From the human T2T-CHM13v2.0 reference genome, Homo sapiens: DNA of 64,000 nt. Below, one piece after another: positions 30,122 to 51,301 of the stretch. The DNA lies in the NCBI RefSeq assembly GCF_009914755.1, contig NC_060934.1; one strand, written 5' to 3'. The notes beneath the pieces are model-generated. The model ran no database searches. It was not told the DNA's origin and saw only the letters and a list, made by a program, of their open reading frames with translations. Each line of letters opens with the position of its first letter. Position 1 is the stretch's first letter. A program made the translations under genes and the position numbers.

Positions 30122-31326
30122 GTGAGTACTGTTGAATGGGGAGCCATCTCTTAATATACTTGAAGTGCGCTTTTTAAAATTCATGGTTTTCAAGGAAATT
30201 ACACTCTGTTGCAGTATAATCTAGTGTTCTAACTTTATGGTTATTTTGGTTTGGTTTGGTTTTTAATTGTGGTAAAATATGAGATTTACCCATCTTAACC
30301 ATTTTTAAGTATACAGTACATTAGTATTATAGTCACATGATTATATAACCAATCTCTGGAACTTTTTCATCTTGCAAAACTGATACTCTGTACCTATTAA
30401 GCCTCCAATTTACCACTTCCTTAGCTCCTGATAATGTTACACTTTCTGTCTCTGAATTGGCTGCTTTAGGCACCTCATATAAGTAGAATCATACAATATT
30501 TGTCCTTTTTTGATTGGCTTATTTTACGTAGCATAATATCCTCAAGGTTCATCCATATTGTTGCGTGTGCCAGAATTCCCTTCCTTTTTAAAGCTAAATA
30601 ATATTCATTCTGTGTATGTGTACCACATTTTGCATGTGCATTCTTTTATCAAGGAATATTTGGGTTGCTTCTACCTTTTGGCTATTGTGAATAATGCTGC
30701 TACGAATATGGATGTACAAATATCTCTTCAAGGTCCTTCTTTCTTTTTTTGGATATATGTGCAGAAGTGGGATTCTTGGATCATATGGTTTATGGTGGTT
30801 TTTTGACATTAAGAATATAAGATTCTTTTCTGTATTTTTCATTCATTTTAGTTTAGTTTTTTTAATCTTGGACAGACTAAGCAATAGAATATTCAGAATT
30901 GTTGGTTTTGTTTTAAACAATAGTTTGACCTGTGACATCAGCATATTAAACTATCACAAGACACACACAAGGTCGAAGCCCAGGAATGACTTCCCTGTAA
31001 GTCAATTTAGAGCATCTTATTCCTATGATCATCTTACGCTACTGGGAGATAAACATGTTGCTGTCAAGGGTCAGATAATTCTCTTCTGTGATAAGTTTTA
31101 CTAGTTTAGAAGCATACATCCAAGTAATGCCTAATTTAGCTTTTTTATTGTGTTGATACATCTTTGGCTACTTAATTTTTATTTTTATCAAAATAATCCA
31201 CATACGTGATTTTTTAAGTCAAGGTTTTTATCTTAACGTCTAAAAGATTTTAATGATGTTTAATCCACATACTTGATTTTTTAAGTCAAGGTTTTTATCT
31301 TTTTAACATCTAAAAGATTTTAATGA

Positions 31327-31992
<666 letters not shown>

Positions 31993-32742
31993 GCTTTAAT
32001 TCATTATTTTTTATTTTCATGTTTTTAAATAATATTATTATCTTGATTTTTCTTGACTTTTCAGTCTTACATATTGTCTGTTGACTTCCAAGAGGAAAGC
32101 TGTGTTAACTCTGCTAAGAATTGTACAAAATACGCTTAAAGTAGAAAGGAGGTCACATCCTTTATATAGGTTAGCTCATTTACCATTCTCTGAAGGTAGT
32201 AGACTGGTACTCCCTTGTTTTATAGACAAAGAAACTAAAATTCAGACAAGTTAAATTACCTCCACATGCTCACACAGCTCTGTCATGTTCTAGTGCATCA
32301 AACTCTAGTCTGAGTCCAAAGCCCGTTGTCTTTCTCACCAAACCAAATTACCTCCAGGACAGAGAAATCAGGAAAATTTCTAGAAAAGGGAAAGAAGTAA
32401 TAAATAACAGTTGAGCCAGACCTTAAGGATGGACTGAATTTTCTGATGTATCTGTTTGATTATATGATACATATAAGGAAGTTGTGGGAGAAAAGTCTGG
32501 GAAGATAGTTTAGGCTTATGGCATGGAAAGCTAAGGTAAGAAGCTTAAAATTACATAGAAAGGCAGCATGTCATCAAAGGTTTTTGGACAGAGTATTAGA
32601 ATTATCTCTGAGGAAGATTAAGTTAGAAGTAGTGGGTAGATAAAATAGATTGGAGGTAGAAGCCTAAAGTCAAAATGGTCCAGGAAAAGTATTAGTTGAA
32701 GAGATGGTAAGGAAAAGGTTGAAGTGAAAGATGATTGGGTCA

Positions 32743-33050
<308 letters not shown>

Positions 33051-33246
33051 AAAAATAATGATGGGATCACTAGAAGACGGTTTGCTGTTTGGTGGTTTCT
33101 TTCTCTGTTTTGTTATATTGTGGAAGCAATATATGGGACTTTGAATAGCATAGCAGCTAGCTGTCCTGGGCTCCCTCACCACTGCCCCCATCTGTCCCTT
33201 ACTTATCTCTTCCAGGCAAGACTAAAGTCACTAAAATGTTTCCCTT

Positions 33247-34141
<895 letters not shown>

Positions 34142-34534
34142 AAGCCAGATTCTTTAAAGTGGCTCTATCTTCTCTGTAATTTGCTCCCTTGCCACTTTGA
34201 TGACTCCAGATTCTACTCCTATTCCCATTGTCTTTTAACTCCCACTTCAGGGCCTTTATTCTTGCTGTTACCATTTCCTAGAACAATCCTTCCAGATACC
34301 TACCTGAAATGCTGCATCATCTGTCCATCTTTGTTCAGATACCACCTTTTCTTTGAGGCCTTCTCTTAAACACTGTCGTACATACAGTTTTGCACATACA
34401 TTTTAGTTGTAGGATAAATTGCTAAAAATTAAGTTATTTGAGAAAATTATCTGCATGCTTAAAACGTGAATGACTACTGCCAAATGACCCTTCTAGTACT
34501 TGCTAACGTTTGCCAGTGTGAGCATCTACCATCA

Positions 34535-38501
<3,967 letters not shown>

Positions 38502-38579
38502 CTATCTGACAGCTGCTAGTTTTTCCCTCATGATCTTTCTATTAAAATAGCTCTGTACTTACTATGTTGAGCCCTTCCT

Positions 38580-38857
38580 TTTTTTTTGACAGGGTCTCAG
38601 ACTAGAGTACAGTGGTGTGATCATGGCTCACTGCCACCTCTGCTTCCTGGGTTCAAGTGATGCTCCCATCTCAACCTCCCAAGATGCTAGGACTACAGGC
38701 ACATGCCACCATGCCTGGCTAATTTTTTTGTGTTTTTTGTAGAGACAGGGTTTCACCATGGTGCCCAGGCTAGTCTCAAACTCCTGAGCTCAAGCGATCC
38801 ACCCTGCCTTGGCCTCCCAAGTATTGGGATTACAGGTGTGAACCACCGCGCCCGGCC
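38580..38857 (-). mobile_element. AluJ-like element
   Basis: Antisense dimer. Confidence 0.85.
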
Positions 38858-40188
38858 CCCTCTTTTTTTAAATTTCTGTATTTAAAGAGTACATTGGGGA
38901 TTGGAAATAGTTTAGATCAGCAGGGATTAGCCATTCCCTAAATGTAAACTTCAGTGGTGCTATACTTAGAGTGCCTAAGGTCATTTCCAAATCCATGAAT
39001 CTGGACGTTGAAGTTATATTTGTATTCCCACCACACAAAATTTATGTCTGTGCCCTGTCTTCTTGGGTCTATTTTTTAACCAGAAATTAATAAGACATTG
39101 ATTTGCCTTTGTTAGAGTGATTTCAGTGTTTCGAGTTATTAAGACAGGAAGTGTGAGTCCCTGTTGGAATTCTGGGTCAGCAGATTATTTACCTCTTCTA
39201 CAATTGCAATGGAAATTGAAATCTATTTGTCCTGTGACATAGAATTAATGAGTATTCTTTTTTGCTTTTTCTCTTCTGAGCCAAGAGCTTTCTTTTCATA
39301 ATTTATGTTGGAGGTGTTCCAGACTATGTTACTACTGCAAGAAGGTCCTTGCCACAGAAAGTTAGACTCTCATTTCTTTTGACAATATCAAATATTCAGC
39401 CTTTTCCTCTGTCTTAAGAATACATATAATATGCCTTAAGTTAGATGCTATACCATAGTGGCTTCCCTTGTGTAAGAAAATGGAGTGGAGGGGGCTGAGC
39501 TGGAGCTTCCATGCCTATCTGTTGGGCTAGAAACACCTCCCACTCAACTCCAGCCATTTGCCACTCTGCATAATTAGTGTACCTCATTTATTCAGAAGAA
39601 GCTGGAATCCCAGATTTTTATGTGAAATCTCCTGTTTTTAAAATATTTGATCTTTTTCAACATAATTTGGCCCAACAAAACTCTTACTGGCTTGAGTGCT
39701 GCCCTTGTACTGCCAATTGAAGTTTAACATTTGTCTAACCCTAAAGACTTTCAAAGTGAAATTATTTTTAGGTTCTTAACAAGGTTTTTCTATGCCAAGG
39801 TAAAATTTTCAAGGGCATATGAGGTATTTACTGTCTCACTCAGAGTTCTGTTTAAGTGAGCACATGGGCATGCATGTTGGAGAAAGTGTTGTGAGCTCTT
39901 ACGGATAAAGTTTGAAATGCAACCTATTTTCAATAGAAAAAAGCCTCTTACTCTCAGATAGCTCAGAAAAACTTAGATTTTACAATCCTTTTAAGACTTA
40001 AGACTCTTAGGTCTGTGGAGTCAAAATGCTACGTGATATTTGTGGTGGATGAATTACTGAAAAACAGAATTCCTCAGCGAATCAAGTGTCTGATGCATAA
40101 TAAACCAACCCAACAAAAAAAGCTGCCTTTCAGAGGCAAGAATATAAAACATGTGTAGTTAATTAAGCTATTTAAAACAGAAATGTTA

Positions 40189-40557
<369 letters not shown>

Positions 40558-40798
40558 CTATAAAATTGCGGTATGATGATTATCAATTTACAGGATTGTG
40601 ATGCATTTTAAATGAAACAAGTTCCATTACGTGCTTATTGCTGAAGGTATAATTCAGTGAATGTTCTTTCCTTTTCTTAGAGCAGAGTTTGGTATTTTAT
40701 TTTCACCTAAGCCATTTTGGTCAGTTCTTAAGGCTTTGATTATTTTTTTAAGTTGAATGGTGTTTAGTGTGCCCGTGTTCATAACAGCATATTATTCA

Positions 40799-41330
<532 letters not shown>

Positions 41331-41381
41331 AATGTGGTATATACATAGAATATTATTCTGCCTTTAAAAAGAAAATTCTGG

Positions 41382-42985
41382 CTCTCCCTCTCACTCTCCC
41401 TCTCCCCACGGTCTCCCTCTCCCTCTCCCCACGGTCTCCCTCTCCCTCTCTTTCCATGGTCTCCCTCTGATGCCGAGCCGAAGCTGGACTGTACTGCTGC
41501 CATCTCGGCTCACTGCACCCTCCCTGCCTGATTCTCCTGCCTCAGCCTGCTGAGTGCCTGCGATTGCAGGTGCACGCCGCCACGCCTGACTGGTTTTTGT
41601 ATTTTTTTTGGTGGAGACGGGGTTTCGCCATGTTGGCCGGGCTGGTCTCCAGCTCCTAACCGCGAGTGATCTGCCAGCCTCGGCCTCCCGAGGTGCCGGG
41701 ATTGCAGATGGAGTCTCGTTCACTCAGTGCTCAATGTTGCCCAGGCTGGAGTGCAGTGGCGTGATCTCGGCTAGCTACAACCTCCACCTCCCAGCCGCCT
41801 GCCTTGGCCTCCCAAAGTGCCGAGATTGCAGCCTCTGCCCGGCTGCCACCCCGTCTGGGAAGTGAGGAGCGTCTCTGCCTGGCCGCCCATCGTCTGGGAT
41901 GTGAGGAGCCCCTCTGCCCGGGCTGCCCAGTCTGGGAAGTGAGGAGCGCCTTTTCCCGGCTGCCATCCCGTCTAGGAAGTGAGGAGCGTCTCGGCCCGGC
42001 CACCCATCGTCTGAGATGAGGGGAGCGCCTCTGCCCCGCCGCCCCGTCTGGGATGTGAGGAGCGCCTCTGCCTGGCCGCGACCCCGTCTGGGAGGTGAGG
42101 AGCGTCTCTGCCCAGCCGCCCTGTCTGAGAAGTGAGGAGCCCCTCCGCCTGGCAGCTGCCCTGTCTGAGAAGTGAGGAGCCCCGCCGCCCAGCAGCTGCC
42201 CCCTCTGAGAAGTGAGGAGCCCCTCCGCCCGGCAGCCGCCCCGTCCGGGAGGTGGGGGGGCAGCCCCCGCCCGGCCAGCTGCCCCGTCCGGGAGGGAGGT
42301 GGGGGGCAGCCCCTGCCCCGCCAGCCACCCCATCCGGGAGGGAGGTGGGGGGCGCCTCTGCCCGGCTGCCGCCCCGTCTGGGAGGTGGGGGGCGCCTCTG
42401 CCCGGCCACCCCTTCTGGGAAGTGAGGAGCCCCTCTGCCCGGCCGCCACCCCATCTGGGAGGTGTACCCAACAGCTCATTGAGAATGGGCCATGATGACG
42501 ATGGCGGTTTTGTTGAATAGAAAAGGGGGAAATGTGGGGAAAAGATAGAGAAATCGGATTGTTGCTGTGTCTGTGTGGAGGGAAGTAGACATAGGAGACT
42601 CCATTTCGTTCTGTACTAAGAAAAATTCTTCTGCCTTGGGATGCTGTTGATCTATGACCTTACCCCCAACCCGGTGCTCTCTGAAACATGTGCTGTGTCC
42701 ACTCAGGGTTAAATGGATTAAGAGCGGTGCAAGATGTGCTTTGTTAAACAGATGCTTGAAGGCAGCATGCTCCTTGAGAGTCATCACCGCTCCCTAATCT
42801 CAAGTACCCAGGGACACAAAAACTGCGGAAGGCCGCAGGGTCCTCTGCCTAGGAAAACCAGAGACCCTTGTTCACATGTTTATCTGCTGACCTTCCCTCC
42901 ACTATTGTCCTATGACCCTGCCAAATCCCCTTCTCCGAGAAACACCCAAGAATGATCAATAAATACTAAAAAAAAAAAAAAAAAA
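41382..42985 (+). mobile_element. SVA retrotransposon (short VNTR; probably an older B/C-like subfamily)
   Basis: CCCTCT hexamer head, antisense Alu-like domain, GC-rich VNTR (GAAGTGAGGAGC units, ~41830-42465), SINE-R/HERV-K LTR part, AATAAA at 42958-42963 and poly(A) at 42968-42985. Confidence 0.96.
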
Positions 42986-44647
42986 TACTGCAAGAACATC
43001 TGCCCCAGAACTGCCTGTCCAACCTGGACTGACATCATCCTTGTTATTGATCTTTGTAGCCAAATATAATTATTTTAAAACAAACAAAAAAAGAGAATGT
43101 AAGCAGTATAAGACTTTAAAACACACAAATGAAATATACATGACTACATGCTTCAGTGAACTAAAACTTTCATCTGTGATCTTTATTTTGCAACATTCTG
43201 AAGTAACATTACAGTCTTTTCAGTGTGCTGTGTCATTTATATCCCTTACTTTATCCTAGGAATCCTGTATTGCCATTGAGCATATGCAAATTGAGACATG
43301 TGCATAGCTTCTCCCCGTTGAGCCCATCAGTGGGGAGGAGCTATGTACCGGGGACATTTGGCAAAGATTTTCATGAGTCTCTTGGATGTAACAGCTCCTT
43401 AAGAAAACCTCAGTTTACCTTCCCTATTTTTTACCATTTGTAAAACTAAGGCTCAGTGATGTAAAATATAACACATTCTGTGCTGTGGCATAACTGCAGC
43501 TTAGGTTTTTATATTCAAGACAAGCAGAGGTATAGCTGAAAAGGTATGAACACTTACTATGCTTCAAGATCCCTTCGTTGGTTTAGTTGTGGCATTTTAG
43601 AACAGCTGACTTGGGACTAAAGCATCTTTCTATCTGGGATCAGTATTTCTAAGTTGCCTTTAAGCTGAATAAACATTTGGTTTTTATATTTAATTGCTTC
43701 GATGTGAAACACTGCAATTTAAAAAATTACACATATGTAATATAGTATTTTACACTAAATAATAGTGACTGGCAGTCCACTGGCCGAAGAAGTATTATTT
43801 TTCAGATATTCTGCTCTGTCATCAGCTGTAGACACTGACAGGTATTTATCTGGAAAGGCTTGCTGTCAGGGGTTCACAGTGCTGCTTGTGGGTTATCTCC
43901 AGACCCTTTACATTCGGCACTTTAGGACAGCGTGAGTCACAGGTTGCACTAGAAGTTGCCTTTGAAATTAGACCTAAACTATGTGGAACTGGAACCCTTG
44001 TACACAAAGCTCTCTATCATCCAAATCCTGCTGAACTCTCTTAGGAAAGAACAGTTTTACAGATTCATTCTTTCCACACACAAGATTTCCCCACTGCCCA
44101 GTTACTCTCACCTTTTTATTTTCTTGACTGTTATGTTTTACTTGACTCTGGAATCTTACCTTGTACTCTCACATTTACATGGAAGTATAGCTTATTTCAC
44201 CAATTATACTATCAAAAGCAGAAGTAGTTACTTACACCTGAAAATTTGTACTGAGAATGTAGCTGTGAATATGTTTAAGAAAGTATACTTAAAGCACAAA
44301 TCCAAGGAAGTATATTTAAATCAAAGCAAGAAATCCCATTTCCAAATGGCAATAAAGCATGTGTTACATAGAATCAGTGCATGAAAGTGTTTTAGTAGCC
44401 CAGATTAGATTGTACCCTGGCGAATAAGCAAGAGTTCTTTTTCATTTTCATCTTGCAATTCAACTGGGTATTTGGGTTCTTTTTCTATTCACTCATGTCA
44501 GATAGAGACATGCATGTTGTAAATTATTTTGTCAGAATGAAAGCCTGGCAGATTAAATGCTTTCTTCTCTTCTTGCTTTACTTGATATCAATCTCTTGTT
44601 CATTTCTTGATAATATGTTTGGTTATTTTTGTTTTCATTGCTTTTAG

Positions 44648-44700
44648 TGTCAGAGATGGCTTTGGATTCCCCGTTCTGTGTGCTGCTGTCTGGCTCCTGA
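44648..44700 (+). CDS. TIMM23B: TIMM23B-specific last coding exon (VSEMALDSPFCVLLSGS-stop)
   Basis: Long T-rich tract + ttag acceptor at 44646-44647. Phase-1 join to exon 6 gives a 567-nt CDS (188 aa) whose C-terminus matches recalled TIMM23B. No canonical TIMM23 exon 7 (GLRGIARGG...) was seen in the window. Confidence 0.85.
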
Positions 44701-45030
44701 ACCCAGCTGTAGAGGTGTGTGTCAATCCCAACTGGTGAAGTACTGAGAAGAAGCTACACAAAAGGCAGCAAAGTATTAGTAAGTGTACCTCTGACATTTT
44801 AACCACCTCTGACTTTTCCATGGAATGGACAAGTAGTAGTCTCTGTCAGAGCTACATTTTAAAGGAGAAAAAGAAACGTGAAGTCATGAACTGTTTATTT
44901 ATGCTGTTATTTTTGTGTTTACTCACCTCATTTATATTGACTTGTAAATTAGTAATTTCTGAACTATTATTTATCAATTCATTGCCTACATGTCAGCAAA
45001 CAAATTTTCTTCTTAATAAAGAATCCAGTT

Positions 45031-45735
45031 GCTGGGCACAATGGTTCACACCTGTAATCTCAGCACGTTTGGAGGGCAAGGCAGGAGGATTCCTTGGGGC
45101 TAGGAGTTCAAGACCAGCCTGGGCAATATAGCAAGATTTCATCTCTACAAAAAAATGAAAACATTGGCTGGGCATGGTGGCTCATTCCTATAGTTCAGGC
45201 TACTGAGGAGCCTGATGTAGGAGGATCACGTGACCCCAGTAGTTTGAGGCTGCAGTGAGCTATGATCCTAACACTGCTCTCCAGCCTGGGTGACACACCA
45301 AGTTGCCATCTCTTCAAAAAAGGAATCTAGAGACATCAGTGTGTGCACAAGCATGGTTTGTGAATTTGGAAGTGTGTATGTGCATAGTTGTGCTCAAGAA
45401 TGTGTTGATGATTATACCTTCTCAGAATGAAGGTAATTTTTTTTTTTTCTTTTTTTTTGAGATGGAGTCTTGCTCTGTTGCCAGGCTGGAGTGCAGTGGT
45501 GCTCTCAGCTCACTGCAACCTCTGCCTCCCGGCTTCAAGCAGTTCTCCTGCCTCAGCCTCCCAAGTAGCTGGGACTACAGGCACACACCACCACTCCCGG
45601 CTAATTTTTTGTGTTTTAGTAGAGACGGGGTTTTACCATGTTGGCCAGGATGGTCTCGATCCCCCGACCTTGTGATCCACCCACCTTGGCCTCCCAAAGT
45701 GTTGGGATTACAGGTGTGAGCCACCGTGCCTGGCC
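45031..45735. mobile_element. Inverted Alu pair (sense ~45031-45320, antisense ~45436-45735)
   Basis: Two opposite-orientation Alus ~120 nt apart, downstream of the TIMM23B stop codon. Confidence 0.9.
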
Positions 45736-47269
45736 TGAAGGTCATTTTTATAAAGATCTCTCCACGTCTTAGATTTGATTCTTCCTTTAAATATTTTTCT
45801 CATTGACATTTGAAAGCACCTGACCTTATATAAAATGAACAATTTTCATAACTCCATAAAAGGAGAATTATGGCATCATCTATTTCTTTCTCTTGTCTCA
45901 TAAATCTAAACCATCAACCTGCTTATTTTTGTATACTGTCACACTGTGTATTCCCTGCATTGAATGCCTGTCTGTTGACATTATCTGTAAAAATTGTGGG
46001 AAGTTTTCTGCACCCTGAAATTTCTGTTATGCGGATTAAATATCCACTATCCATGTTTTTCCAAGTCTTACAGTAGAAAGGGTAAATGCAGCCCTCACAG
46101 CAGCCTGTTGTTCGTCCTGCAAATGTGTTTCCATCACATTACACAAAGCCTCTTTGTCTTCGTGGTTCTACCCTACTAATAAGTTTTTTAAAAAATTATG
46201 TAATGTGTGTATATACAAATACCTATATGTATGTGTGTACACATACAGCTGATATCTGCTGAGATTATGTATGCATGAACTATAGAATTAACTTGTAATT
46301 TTAAGAAAATAAATTATTTTGTAAAGATAAATCTCATGTTTAAGAAGAGGAATTACAGTTGAATCATTTAGGGATGCCTCAGCCTAAACATAATATGGAA
46401 AAAGCCATAACCAAAAGTCATTTTAGAGTACTGCTAGGTTACTCAACCTATCATCACATTTAATTAAAATGTCAGTTTGAACCATGGCCAGTCTATGTTG
46501 GTTAATATGTTATTTAAATCAACTTGTGAAGTCTTCATTTTAAATATAGAATTTGTGTTAATGGACTGGAAAATAACATTCTATTGCTTGGAAGATGTGT
46601 TAAAGTCTAAAGATTTATGACTTTGTAAAAGAAGAAAACCAGGTGATGATCAGTTGGCATTAGTATATGAGGATGTACTCATATTTGGTAATAGCCATTT
46701 TTTCTAACTAGAGCAAGGGAGTTGGGAATGGGAGGCAGAAGCAAGGACACAGACATGTAAAAAATCATAGAACAAAACTGTATTGAGTTCTGAGTATGGG
46801 TCTGTGATCCATGGTTCAGTTTGAGAGGTTCATGTGTCCCTTATGAGAAGGGACAGGAAAGCCAGGAGGAAAGGAGTATGTTTGGGCCTGTGCCTCTGCT
46901 TCCACCACAGAAGTCAGCAGCTCTACCTTTCTCTTTTCTCCTCTTTATCTAATAATTGTCTCCTCTTCAAATTTGGGAAATGAGCTTAATCAAAGATTTG
47001 TTGTGTTTTGTTTGTTTGTTTGTTTTTGAAATGTGGCCTCAGTGTGTTTGCCCAGGCTGATCTTAAACTCCTGGGCTCACATGATCCTCCCTCTCAGCCT
47101 CCTGAGTAGCTGGGACTACAGGCATGATCCACTACACCCAGCTAAGTTAATGCTAATGTGTAGTTTATCTGCTTCAATTTTGAAGGGTAGGATATATATA
47201 GTTATGTGTGTGTGTGTGTGTGGGGGGGTAGTGTTTGTGTGTGTGTGTGTGTATATATATTTATATATT

Positions 47270-48100
47270 ACTAGTCCATTGCTGCTACAACAAACTACCA
47301 CTATGTCAGGGCATAAAACAAATTTATTACACTCCTGTATGTCAGAGTATGATGTGGATCTCACTGGGCTAAAATCTAGGTGGTGGAAAGGCTACCTTCA
47401 TCTCTAGAGGCTCTAGGGGATCTTTTTTCTCGCCTTTTCCACATTCTGGAGTCTGCCTGCATTTTTTGGCTTTGGGCTCTTCTCCACTCTCACCATTAGC
47501 AACCTTGCATCCCATGGACTCTTCTTCTGTGGCCACATGTCTCTGTGGCTCTTTCCTTCCCCCTTCTCTTCCACTGTTAAGGACTCATGTGCTTACTTAG
47601 TCCTGAATGGAGACACCGTCATCATCCACATGAGCCCACTGTCCTAATCCATACAGGCTGCTACAAGGAAATGCATTAGACCAGGTAGCTTATAAATAAC
47701 AGAACTTTGTTTCTCACAGTCCTGGAGGCTGAGAAGTGCAAGATCAAGGTGCCGGCAGTCTTGGTGTCTGGTGAAGGCCTGCTTTCTCATAGAGGCTTCC
47801 TTCTTGCTGTGTCTTCGCATGGTGAGAGGAACAAACAAGCTCCCTTGTGCCTTTAATAAGGTGCTAATCCCAGTCATGAGGGCAGAGTCTCCCGTAAGGC
47901 TTAACCTCCTAATACCATCACCTTGAGGGTTAGGATTTTAACACATGAACATTGATGGAACACAACGTTCACTCCATAGCACCAGGGTAGTCTCCTCATG
48001 TCAAGGTCTTTACCTGAATCACATGCATGATGTACCGTTTTCATGTAAGGTTCTAGGAATCTGTGGACATCTTTGGGGGGCCATTATTTTGCCAATCACA
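47270..48100. mobile_element. MaLR MLT1 LTR with a second MLT1A-like LTR nested at ~47640-47981
   Basis: CCATTGCTGCTACAACAAACTACCAC start; inner TTTCTCACAGTCCTGGAGGCTGAGAAGTGCAAGATCAAGGTGCCGGCAG ... CATAGCA; outer GGGGGCCATTATTTTGCC end. Confidence 0.7.
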
Positions 48101-48547
48101 TATTACATATATTTTAATATCCTAGACTAGTATGAAAACAATGCCACTTTCATTGCTTTATATATGCATATATATATACACATTGTCTAATGCTATAATT
48201 AAAAAAAAGTTGTAGACACAAATATACCCATTTAAAAAAAACCCATTTTTTGCTATTTTACTTCATACTGCCAACCAACTCCTTTTTCCTGAAACTGCTT
48301 CAACTCTGGAATTCTTTTTTGCTATTAGTTTTATTTTATTGAAGTATTCATGAACAAGCATACACTTGTATATGGATTTAAAATTCACAGTAATGTTTTC
48401 ATGAATTCATCTGTGAATAACATTTTATAGACAAAATGTCTGCACTAGGACAAGAGAAAGATGTATAATTCCCTTGTTCTAAGGTACCGCCATTCATTGT
48501 TATTATTTTAAAATACGAGTGTCGACTGATGTTAAAACACAAAATGG

Positions 48548-49170
<623 letters not shown>

Positions 49171-50544
49171 ATTTATAACTGGGCAATGGAATTGAAAATC
49201 ATTTTTAAAAATATCCAAAATATCTAAGGAACTTGTATAAATAAATAGGAAAAAAAAAAAACATCAAGAAGCCCACAAAAAAGCAGATTTGTAAATGGGC
49301 AATGGATTTCAATAGACATTTAGCCAAAGAAGATATCCAGTTGGTGAAAAGGCATATGGAAAGGTGCTTAGCATCACTGATTATCAGGAAAATGAAAATC
49401 AAAACCACCACGAGTGGTTTAGACCATAGCGGCATGCATGAAAGTTTTCAGACCTCCAGTTGTTGGGAGTGGCTGAGGACATTGGGGAGCTTCTGTCTGA
49501 GTTGGAAGAGTGGAGTCTCAACAAGAACCATTGTATTCTGGACATGTGTGGGCCCTGGAGTGTGCAAGGCTGGATGCCTTGTCTACCTGTGCCTTACAGA
49601 GTGACACCATTGTGGTGTGGTTGATCAGAGGTTTGTTTGCCCACGGATGAAAGCAAAAGTGAGTTGGCTTCCCAAGAACTTTTACCAGTAGCCTGTTTTG
49701 CTACAATTCTAGACCCAGACTGGGGTCCCAAGGCATCATAGCCCACAGCTTCTTAGCAAGTGCATGTTCAGTTGGATCCCCCAGCTCAGCCTGGGTCATC
49801 CCCACCTTCTGCCTCTTGGGCCATAGCTCAGCTCTGCACACTGAGCCATCATCCTATGGTGAGCAAGACCCCATTCTTGGGCTTCAGTCTCTTTCCTTGT
49901 AGCAGGCAATCAAGGTGGTGGCTGGAAAGGGCCAAGGAGCCACATCTCACAGTGCCCTGCTGCCTGAACAAGGACCAGAGGCCTGTGGAACACATGGCTC
50001 TCAGATTTCTCCCATTTGATGACTCATCAGCTGCCCCCACATGGCTTCCTAGCTCACAGCAGATCTAGCCTTCTCTGAGCAGTGAAGATGGGATGTTTTG
50101 TGGTCATTTTCCCTGGTGTGCAGAGCCCAAGTGGAGTTCTTCAGCACACCCTAGTCCATCCCCTCACTAACACCCCCACCTGTCCAGTCTTACCTGCCTT
50201 CATATCAAAAGCACACAGTTAACCCAGAGGGCTTCAGCCCTGCCCTGCCTGACTTTCTGGGAAACCCCCCTCTCCACCCACCCTAATCAGGACACTGTCT
50301 GAAGGTTCCCCCTCATCATTTTAAAAGAAAGAGAAATTTTTCTGCCACAGAGGTTCTGGTGAAGTGGCCTGCTCCCACATCACAGGGTGATGGCGGTTTG
50401 GGCTGGACCAGGATCAGACAGTGCTGTCCTGAGGCTGGCCGTCTGATAAGGGGCTACAGAAAGGGCAGTGGTGGAGCCCTGGGAGGCTTTCTGCTCTCCT
50501 GATCACAGGTTTTTGGTGAGAGGACCTATTGGCCACTAGGGTGT

Positions 50545-50548
50545 CTGC

Positions 50549-50590
<42 letters not shown>

Positions 50591-50596
50591 TGTGTG
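50545..50596. repeat. (TG)n microsatellite
   Basis: Direct observation. Confidence 0.95.
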
Positions 50597-51224
50597 TTTA
50601 CTTGGATTGACTTCTTTCAGCATGAAGCCCACTGTTTTGCTGAATGTATCTCACTGTTTCCTGAAACTCAGTACATTCAGCTGGCTTAAGGGTCCTGGGG
50701 CCTCGCTGTGTCATATTTGCACAAGCCTAGTGTCTGTGCAGACTGTACACTGGAGTTCAGTTGTAAGACCCTTTTGATCCCTTATTCTGTTCCTGTAGTA
50801 GAAAAGGCATTTCACTCAATGGAATAGAAACCCAGATCCAATGGAGAGATATTCTAATCTGCCATACACTGGGGCAGTGGCCAGTGATTTGGACTTGGTG
50901 GCACAGATGGAAATTTCCAGGTTCTCTAGGTGGTAGGCAGAGGCCTCACTTTTTAAGAAACTCCCCCACTCCACCCCTGCCAATGAGGACGTTGCTTAGA
51001 GGTATTTCTATCAGTGTTGAGTAGAAGAGATCATTTCTTGATGTTGAATTTCAGGTAAGGATGCCAGCTTCTGCATATCAGGGTGGTGATGCTTGGGCTG
51101 AGACAGGTCTAGACAGCACTGTCTGAAAGGGGGCTCAAGGAAGTAGCTGTGAAAGGCCCCTGGGATGTTTTCTGCTCCCCTTCCTGCAAATCCCCTGGAG
51201 GGAGATCCTGTTAGTCACTACGGG

Positions 51225-51225
<1 letters not shown>

Positions 51226-51264
<39 letters not shown>
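51226..51264. repeat. (TG)n microsatellite
   Basis: Direct observation. Confidence 0.95.
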
Positions 51265-51265
<1 letters not shown>

Positions 51266-51301
51266 CATCACTTGTTGCTTGGGTGTGGGAAGAGACAACA
51301 A

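Noticed and set aside
41391-42955. Multiple 100-246 aa ORFs
   Set aside because: GC-rich SVA VNTR and Alu-like translations in all frames.
43558-43664. Possible minus-strand exon ending in GTAAGT
   Set aside because: Weak acceptor, stops in all three frames, no recognisable parent gene.
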